A DNA stretch of 49,579 bases from Escherichia phage SRT8, in the sequence record MF996376, one strand, 5' to 3'. Below the pieces are notes generated by a model, which did not search any database, had not been told where the DNA came from, and saw only the letters and a program-made list of their open reading frames with translations. Every line of letters begins with the position of its first letter. The first letter of the stretch is position 1. Both the position numbers and the translations under genes were made by a program. Positions 43,667 through 49,579 of this stretch are shown piece after piece.

Positions 43667-44796
43667 TCGGTCATTTCCGGGCGGTAGATGAAGCGCCCAA
43701 CTTCGCCGAATTTTTTGTCGTACACGATAACCGCCGCTTGTCGGTATGCTCTCCAGCCGCCCCGCGCCGCGTAAGCGTCTTTAGCGCCTAGCTGTCCGTG
43801 TACTTCGTCAATCCCTAGCGTGTGCTCGGTGATTGTTTGATGATGCCAATGTCCGCTATGCGTGTATACGTATTTGCTGTCGCCGAACTCTTCGCGGAAG
43901 TCCGCCGCCATAGCCGCTAAACGCGTGTCGGCTTTCTTCATCGTGTGACCGTGAGTGTAACCCAAAAGCGTTTTACCCCACTTCGTTTTATGTAGAATCA
44001 TCGGGCTAACATCGACATAGACGCGCGGTTCGTCGTCGTAATATGCCGCCATTGCAGCGCGTAGCCAAATCATTCCGGCTTGATCGTGATTGCCTTCAAT
44101 GATTTGCACTTCGACTTCTTCGTGTTTCTCAAGCATTCTTGAGATCGCGCGGCGCGTTGCCCGGATTGCCACGTAAACCAGTTTTGCATAGCGTGAATCT
44201 TGATCCAGAACGTGACCGCTTGCCGGGGTAACTGCGTCCAGACCGTCACTATGCAGGAAGTCACCACCGATTAACAGTACGGCTTTTTTGGCTTCAGGCG
44301 CTACGGTTACGGCGTAGTCGAAATACTTGTTCAACACTTCTTCGGCGATATCAGTAGAATAGTTTTCGCCGGATTCGTGTTTATGGGCTAACGCGCCGAT
44401 ATGAAGATCGAATACCGGGTAAAGCGCAAGCAAGCTTTCTTCAGTGTTCGGCGTTGCGTCGCTTGGCGTCGCTCGCGGAAGGTCTTCACAAAATGCGATT
44501 TGTGCCGCCTTCATTAGTTCGTAAATCTTTTCCTTGTCCTGATCGGTCTTAACCCAACGAACGACTTCGGAACCGTCCGCGCGAATCATTGTCGAAGTAC
44601 CTTTGACCGCGAAGCCTGTCGGGACGTTAGCCGATACGTGCGCGTTTCCGTGGAAGTGACCTTCTTTCGCTAACTTAGCGTGACGCGCTTCGACGGTTCG
44701 AATGTGCATACCGTATTTTTCTGCGATCTCGCGAAGGGTTAGGCCGTTGCTACGCTCTTCGATAAGCTGTTCGGTTGTGATTTTTGCAGTTGACAT
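43663..44796 (-). CDS. Calcineurin-like metallophosphoesterase with N-terminal helix-turn-helix domain
   Basis: Phosphoesterase motifs GDFLH, GNHD, GHTH, GHWH; N-terminal LTLREIAEKYGMHIRTV resembles an HTH. Confidence 0.6.
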   Translation of the reverse strand: MSTAKITTEQLIEERSNGLTLREIAEKYGMHIRTVEARHAKLAKEGHFHGNAHVSANVPTGFAVKGTSTMIRADGSEVVRWVKTDQDKEKIYELMKAAQIAFCEDLPRATPSDATPNTEESLLALYPVFDLHIGALAHKHESGENYSTDIAEEVLNKYFDYAVTVAPEAKKAVLLIGGDFLHSDGLDAVTPASGHVLDQDSRYAKLVYVAIRATRRAISRMLEKHEEVEVQIIEGNHDQAGMIWLRAAMAAYYDDEPRVYVDVSPMILHKTKWGKTLLGYTHGHTMKKADTRLAAMAADFREEFGDSKYVYTHSGHWHHQTITEHTLGIDEVHGQLGAKDAYAARGGWRAYRQAAVIVYDKKFGEVGRFIYRPEMTE

Positions 44797-44881
44797 ATTT
44801 TTACATCCTTACATTACAATTAGATAAATGATAGTGAAAGCTATTACGGGGGTGAATACTACACCAAAAAAGCCGAACATG

Positions 44882-45127
44882 CTACTTCTTCCTAAGCCAG
44901 TTTACAAGGTCTGAAGGCTTCATACCTTCGCCGCCATTGTCGAAAATCATCATGTTTTTAGCCGGGCTATACCACATCTTTATATAACCGCCGCCGCGAC
45001 TGCATAGAACCGTTTCGAAGTCGGAAGGCAACCAATCAGCGAAAGGGATTATTTTAAACACTTCGCCTTCGAACTCTGTTTCCGGGTAACTGTCAAAGTT
45101 ACCGTTTAAGCCGGGTAGCCTTTCCAT
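44882..45127 (-). CDS. Hypothetical protein
   Basis: ORF. Confidence 0.4.
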   Translation of the reverse strand: MERLPGLNGNFDSYPETEFEGEVFKIIPFADWLPSDFETVLCSRGGGYIKMWYSPAKNMMIFDNGGEGMKPSDLVNWLRKK

Positions 45128-45371
45128 TCTTCTGACTCTCCTTAAATTCCTTCATTATGCGCTTACCTTCTTCCCGGTAATATTCTAGACCGGGAACAGC
45201 CGGGACGCGGTGACATTTGCGTGGAAGCTCTTCAATGTAGGTTATCTTCCCGTTACCAATTATGCTAACGTCTTTTATATCTAAATACTTAGCAATTAGT
45301 GCGATCCCGTCCGCAAGCCCTGTTTCTTTTGCGTGTTCCCACACTGCCCGCTTGCCTGATTCTTTAATCAT
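45099..45371 (-). CDS. Hypothetical protein
   Basis: ORF, overlaps neighbours. Confidence 0.4.
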   Translation of the reverse strand: MIKESGKRAVWEHAKETGLADGIALIAKYLDIKDVSIIGNGKITYIEELPRKCHRVPAVPGLEYYREEGKRIMKEFKESQKNGKATRLKR

Positions 45372-45559
45372 GAATCACCTTCTTAACGTCTTCGATAAAG
45401 CTTTCGATCTCTTCGACGCTTGCGCGGTAATATGCCATTTTAAGAAACTTCATAGCGATATCCCAATCGAAGTTACCCGCGTGATATGTGGTTAACTCTA
45501 CGCCTTCACGCGCTGAAGATTGAGCCATTTCGAAAAAGTGTTTATTGATGCGAGTCATT
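45364..45559 (-). CDS. Hypothetical small protein
   Basis: Start at the ATG behind the cassette leader. Confidence 0.35.
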
Positions 45560-45614
45560 TGCTTATCTCCGTTTCGTTTTGATGAAATAATAATACCCGA
45601 CTTTCGCCGGGTAC

Positions 45615-45634
45615 GTTTAGCAATTAGTGCGATC
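45615..45634 (-). promoter_or_regulatory. Palindromic element cassette (variant GATCGCACTAATTGCTAAAC)
   Basis: Contains the stop of the upstream gene; hairpin and TATTAT box follow. Confidence 0.5.
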
Positions 45635-45851
45635 TGACGCCTAAGAATTCGCGCAAGTCGTTTTGTATGATTGAATCCCACAATTCGAACGGCTGATTCT
45701 TTATCTCTTCGAATGACATATCAAGGCAATCCGTAAAACTCCACAAGTCGCCGTCTACCATTTCTTCGACCATCGCGCTTTCAATCGCCGCGCACACCAT
45801 TGCACGATACAGGAGGAATAATTTATTCTCGCCGATAAGTAAAAGTTTCAT
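45624..45851 (-). CDS. Hypothetical protein
   Basis: ORF. Confidence 0.4.
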   Translation of the reverse strand: MKLLLIGENKLFLLYRAMVCAAIESAMVEEMVDGDLWSFTDCLDMSFEEIKNQPFELWDSIIQNDLREFLGVRSH

Positions 45852-46564
45852 TAAATATTCCTCGCTTTTGCACGTTTATTTTTCACTGAAGGGCAAATGT
45901 CCGCAATGCTCACATAATGCGTTTGTTGTGTCTCGCCTTCTTTAAGTTGGCGAATGACGAACAGAACAGAGCCTTTGTTATTTCCGTCTACTGGCTTCCC
46001 GGTAGCGCCCGAAATGAAGGCCAACCGTCCAGATCTGGCGAATTCCGTTCCGTCGATATCTTCCCACAAATCACCCTCGATCCAGATGATTTCCGCCGCG
46101 TTACGTCGCGCTTCTGTAAACCATGCCGTAGAGTTATCGGCAGGTAACAGCATATCAATCTGGTTTCCGTGTTCCATTTGCTCGATCGCTTTCTTAACGA
46201 ACACGTCCGGGCGACTATATGGCGGATTTAGCCAAACGTGTTTATTTTTACCCCACCAGCGTTTTAAGCAGTTTGTTTCCTGCGAATAAAACTTGTCGCA
46301 CACTTTATTTTCTTCGCTGGCGGCGGCGTCAAGATCATATTTACCGAAGCGGCCTTCCATATATGCCACGACTTCGCGCGGAGTAGACCATAAGTCGCGA
46401 ACCGCGTCCGGCGTATTGGTTCCCTTATATCGGCGACCGGATACGATATCTTCAGGGCGCGGCCTTACATATTGATAATGACCGCCAGTTACTAACCCGG
46501 CGCGGGCAAACTCGCAACCTGTGCCGAATGTGTCGATTGTCACTTTATCGTTTTCGTCTTTCAT
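45851..46564 (-). CDS. DNA N6-adenine methyltransferase (Dam-like)
   Basis: NPPY catalytic motif (WLNPPYSRP) in a 237-aa protein. Confidence 0.75.
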   Translation of the reverse strand: MKDENDKVTIDTFGTGCEFARAGLVTGGHYQYVRPRPEDIVSGRRYKGTNTPDAVRDLWSTPREVVAYMEGRFGKYDLDAAASEENKVCDKFYSQETNCLKRWWGKNKHVWLNPPYSRPDVFVKKAIEQMEHGNQIDMLLPADNSTAWFTEARRNAAEIIWIEGDLWEDIDGTEFARSGRLAFISGATGKPVDGNNKGSVLFVIRQLKEGETQQTHYVSIADICPSVKNKRAKARNI

Positions 46565-46567
46565 CGC

Positions 46568-46879
46568 TTATGCTCCGTAAATTTCGCACTGAAGGTTAGT
46601 AATTTCGTGGCTATTGGAAAGCATCTTCCCGGTGAATCTGTCGCGAATCAATGCCGTGTTTTTGAAGAACTGATAGCGCGACTTGTAATTCAGGACAGAA
46701 CGAAAATCTTGTCCGTGAACTTTACCGCCAATCGTTAACGCTTCGGTTACGGCGTTATATTCGATCTGCTCGGTGTATTCGTGACCGTCGAACGTGTAGT
46801 CGCAATCATAATTAATATTGAAATCCTTCGCGCTAACTGAAGCGGCGAATAACATTGCGAGAAGTGCTAATTTTTTCAT
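46568..46879 (-). CDS. Secreted / periplasmic small protein
   Basis: N-terminal signal peptide MKKLALLAMLFAASVSA; cassette leader upstream. Confidence 0.45.
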   Translation of the reverse strand: MKKLALLAMLFAASVSAKDFNINYDCDYTFDGHEYTEQIEYNAVTEALTIGGKVHGQDFRSVLNYKSRYQFFKNTALIRDRFTGKMLSNSHEITNLQCEIYGA

Positions 46880-46933
46880 TTCTTTGTCTCCGTTGTTTCG
46901 ATGAAGCTATTATGCCGAATTCCCTTTCGGCTG

Positions 46934-46955
46934 TTTTAGCTATTCGTGCTCTTTT
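46934..46955 (-). promoter_or_regulatory. Palindromic element cassette (motif forms the 3' end of the VRR-NUC coding sequence)
   Basis: AAAGAGCACGAATAGCTAAAA followed by hairpin and leader. Confidence 0.5.
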
Positions 46956-47365
46956 AGCATTTCTTCGACAGCTAATTTAAATTGCTCTACGCCATAGGCG
47001 ACGGCGGCGAATCCTCCACGTTCGCGAACCTTACGCAAGAAAGATTTCTGTTCGTCGCTGACTAGTGACGCCTTTCCTTTGCCCGACTTATTGACGCGCT
47101 TCAATTCGATAGCGCCGAACGGGTAGCGGTGATTAAAACCAATCAGGAACACGAAGTCGCTAACGCCTTTCAATAATCCCGATTGCTGATCTATCATCGC
47201 CGTAACCTTGCTTTTCTCGTTCTCGTTCACGCTATGCCAGAACAGTAATTCAGGATGCCGAACCTTAACGAACGATGTACTTTCAATCTGGTGATTAACC
47301 TCCTTCCGTGTGTCGCTTGGATCGCGTTCGTAGAATTCTAAGTAGTCGCCTTTGTCGGTTATCAT
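46940..47365 (-). CDS. VRR-NUC domain nuclease (PD-(D/E)XK fold)
   Basis: GVSDFVFL...GAIELKR pattern typical of VRR-NUC; ATGA coupling with the helicase gene. Confidence 0.55.
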   Translation of the reverse strand: MITDKGDYLEFYERDPSDTRKEVNHQIESTSFVKVRHPELLFWHSVNENEKSKVTAMIDQQSGLLKGVSDFVFLIGFNHRYPFGAIELKRVNKSGKGKASLVSDEQKSFLRKVRERGGFAAVAYGVEQFKLAVEEMLKEHE

Positions 47366-49413
47366 TGCGGTATTTCCTCCATGCCGAAATCTTTACGGCT
47401 GATTAAGTCTTCTTTCTTCGCGTTCTTGCGGTGCGTCACGCGAACCGGGGCGGCGATGTGGTGCGCGTACTGCATGATCTTGATTGCGTTCTTCATGCCG
47501 ATGAAGTATTTGCGCATCTTCGGATCTGATACGTGCGGCAACACACCTTTAGTTTTCCACAACGTACCGCACACTTTCGCTTCGGATTCCGGGAAGAATC
47601 GTTCGTATGCGTTGAACTCACCTTCGCCGTTATCTAACACGTAATGGAATATTATTCCCTTTCTGTTTTTGGTCAACTGTACTTCGAACTTTTTAACGTC
47701 GTACCAATCGTTTTTCGTGTACGCCTTCCCGGATAGCTTCAGGTTAGGATCGACTAACGACACATCGCAACAACGACAGACACGCGCCACGACGTCATTT
47801 TTCGCCCCGCAACCTTTTACAAGGATCTTACCCGTTTTTTCGTCCTTCTGGTCTTCGCACGTTTGATACGTCCAGAAGTGTTCACATCGCTTTCCGTCGA
47901 TTACGTTAACACAACGGCGGGCGTAAAAGCTGTTTTCGTGTCCGCATAGTTCGCATTTCTTCGGATCTTTACCTGTTTCAAATCGACGTTGGTATTGCGC
48001 TTGCTCAAGTATCGGATCGAAATAAAGTTGCCCTAATTCGTCCATTGTCCCGGCGAAGTCCCAAACAAGATGATCTGTCTTCACCATTCCCGCTTCAATC
48101 TGCCATTTCTTCAGAAGTCGCATTCCGCGCCCTAAAAGCTGAATCAGCAAGGTAAGCGAACCAATCTTGCGGAGGATTACAGAGAAATCCCAATTCGGCA
48201 CGTTCACGCCAGTAGTTAACGCCATAACCTGAAACGTGTACTTAATCTTCCCGGCGCGAACGTCGTCTAAGATTGCCTGTCGTTGCTTCGCGTTGGTCTT
48301 GTCGGTAATGATCGCGTAAGTGCTTCCGGGCGGTAGTGCGGCGGCGGCTTCTTTGCAATGCCTTTGCCCGGCGCAAGTGATTAGAACCGCGTTCCGCTTC
48401 TCCGCCTCCTTTGCGACCATGTGCATAATCTGTTCGGTTAAAGACTTGTTCGCCAGCGCTTCGGCTTCCATCTTTTTCAAGTCTTTGTCGCTGAAGTCCG
48501 CTACGCCGTCTTCGCTGGATGCCGTGAAGCTGTCGTAGTTGTAGTGAACGCCTGAAGTAGATCCGAATACTGTCGGCACAACGGAACCGAATTCGATCAG
48601 GTAGTTGGTATCAATGTTCGTTACCTGCTCACGCCAGAATCCGACCATCTTCGGATTTTCGACAAGAATCGGCACAACTCCGCGATATTCCGATCCGGTC
48701 ATTCCGAACACTCGCAATTCGTGACCGTGAACCTCACGACAACGACGCATCATTTCAACAATGATTACGGTGTACTGTGAACGCTTTGTCCCGGTGACAG
48801 GTAAACCGTCTTTACCGATCAGCGGAATATCGCCATTCATTACGATTTGACCTTTATCCGCCGTCATTTGTTCGTAAGATTCGTCGCCCTCAATCGCTTT
48901 CGCTACGTCTTCCCAATCGACTTGGTGACATTCATCGATCCCGATTACGTGCGGCACGAAGTCGGATAGTTCGTTAAACAGGCCGTTACCGACAGTACCT
49001 TCGGAACCGACTACGATCGGGAAGTAGCAAGACTTGATACCCAGCGACGCGGAAAAGATAGAGTTAGGAACTCCGAAATTGTCGATCTCTTCACTATCCT
49101 GATCGACAATCTCACCCTGTCGGGCAAGAACCATCATTTTCAAGCCCATAGCTTGACACTGTTTCGCAACCATCGCGAAGATGATTGTTTTACCTGCCGA
49201 TACCGACGCCTTCACATAGAACGGGTGTTCGTAGTCCTTACCTAAGCGCTTCGCGATCTCGAAGTACGCCGCGACCTGATATTCGTAAGGCTTAATGTCG
49301 CCGACAGTGAAGCGCTCTTGTGTGCGCATGATATACTCTTCGCCCAGCATTTCGATCTGCTTTTTGATGTTTTGCGTTTTGAAATACTGTCGCGTTTCGT
49401 TGCTAATTTTCAC
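47362..49413 (-). CDS. Superfamily 2 DNA helicase (DEAH/DECH box) with C-terminal zinc ribbon
   Basis: GKT Walker A region, DECH motif (GIDECHQVD), Cys-rich C-terminal segment; GTG start with AAGGA RBS. Confidence 0.75.
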   Translation of the reverse strand: MKISNETRQYFKTQNIKKQIEMLGEEYIMRTQERFTVGDIKPYEYQVAAYFEIAKRLGKDYEHPFYVKASVSAGKTIIFAMVAKQCQAMGLKMMVLARQGEIVDQDSEEIDNFGVPNSIFSASLGIKSCYFPIVVGSEGTVGNGLFNELSDFVPHVIGIDECHQVDWEDVAKAIEGDESYEQMTADKGQIVMNGDIPLIGKDGLPVTGTKRSQYTVIIVEMMRRCREVHGHELRVFGMTGSEYRGVVPILVENPKMVGFWREQVTNIDTNYLIEFGSVVPTVFGSTSGVHYNYDSFTASSEDGVADFSDKDLKKMEAEALANKSLTEQIMHMVAKEAEKRNAVLITCAGQRHCKEAAAALPPGSTYAIITDKTNAKQRQAILDDVRAGKIKYTFQVMALTTGVNVPNWDFSVILRKIGSLTLLIQLLGRGMRLLKKWQIEAGMVKTDHLVWDFAGTMDELGQLYFDPILEQAQYQRRFETGKDPKKCELCGHENSFYARRCVNVIDGKRCEHFWTYQTCEDQKDEKTGKILVKGCGAKNDVVARVCRCCDVSLVDPNLKLSGKAYTKNDWYDVKKFEVQLTKNRKGIIFHYVLDNGEGEFNAYERFFPESEAKVCGTLWKTKGVLPHVSDPKMRKYFIGMKNAIKIMQYAHHIAAPVRVTHRKNAKKEDLISRKDFGMEEIPQ

Positions 49414-49426
49414 GAATTTTAATCCT

Positions 49427-49455
49427 TTGCGTAGATGCTTCGTTGATTGTATAAT
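49427..49455 (+). promoter_or_regulatory. Sigma70-like promoter (TTGCGT, 17-bp spacer, TATAAT) for the rightward gene at 49508
   Basis: Hexamers and spacing counted directly; palindromic element 49475-49493 sits in the leader. Confidence 0.55.
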
Positions 49456-49507
49456 ACACGCATTGACGAAACAGTTTTAACAAAAAATGCTATTGAGGAA
49501 TTTACTA

Positions 49508-49579
49508 TGACGATGAAACGTATTGCAGAATCAACTGGTGAAATCGACCGTCGCCACATCAACGGGAATAATGGTACAC
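49508..49579 (+). CDS. 3'-truncated ORF starting MTMKRIAESTGEI, runs off the window edge
   Basis: ATG with GAGGAA RBS after promoter; only 24 codons visible. Confidence 0.3.

Noticed and set aside
1-49579. CRISPR array formed by the recurring 20-bp element
   Set aside because: Copies are hundreds to thousands of bp apart, separated by genes rather than uniform short spacers, and are degenerate rather than identical.
1-49579. Prophage or temperate lifestyle (integrase, repressor, attachment site)
   Set aside because: No integrase or excisionase-like ORF and no lysogeny module found; the gene set matches a virulent T1-like phage.

Overview
The window reads as nearly the whole genome of a virulent T1-like siphovirus (Drexlerviridae-type organisation) infecting an enterobacterial host; no integrase or lysogeny module is visible. 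All calls are from reading the sequence and the ORF track, with no database searches run. Layout: (i) a leftward early operon of about 30 small genes (35986 down to 27500) and a rightward early operon (36699-42043) diverge from an AT-rich, inverted-repeat-rich hub at 35990-36700; (ii) a lambda-like late morphogenesis block on the minus strand runs TerS, TerL, portal, minor head protein, scaffold, two paralogous decoration-like proteins, major capsid, connector proteins, major tail, G/GT chaperone with a -1 frameshift, tape measure, M, L, K, I, J (27416 down to 6410); (iii) a recombination module (exonuclease, Erf-like annealase, SSB) and a Cor-like lipoprotein flank a second AT-rich hub at 5600-6147; (iv) a lysis cassette (holin, probable SAR endolysin, unimolecular spanin) at 42055-43171; (v) replication and DNA-modification genes (SF2 helicase, VRR-NUC nuclease, Dam-like methyltransferase, HTH-metallophosphoesterase, primase-like proteins). 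The most striking feature the gene list does not explain is a partly palindromic ~20-bp element (consensus AATAGCAC-N3-TTGCTAAAA, core TAGCA-N5-TGCTA) found about 30 times in intergenic positions, usually as part of a conserved cassette with a GC-rich hairpin, a -10-like box and a near-identical ribosome-binding leader. The tail-tip gene L is split by a 1-nt frameshift.
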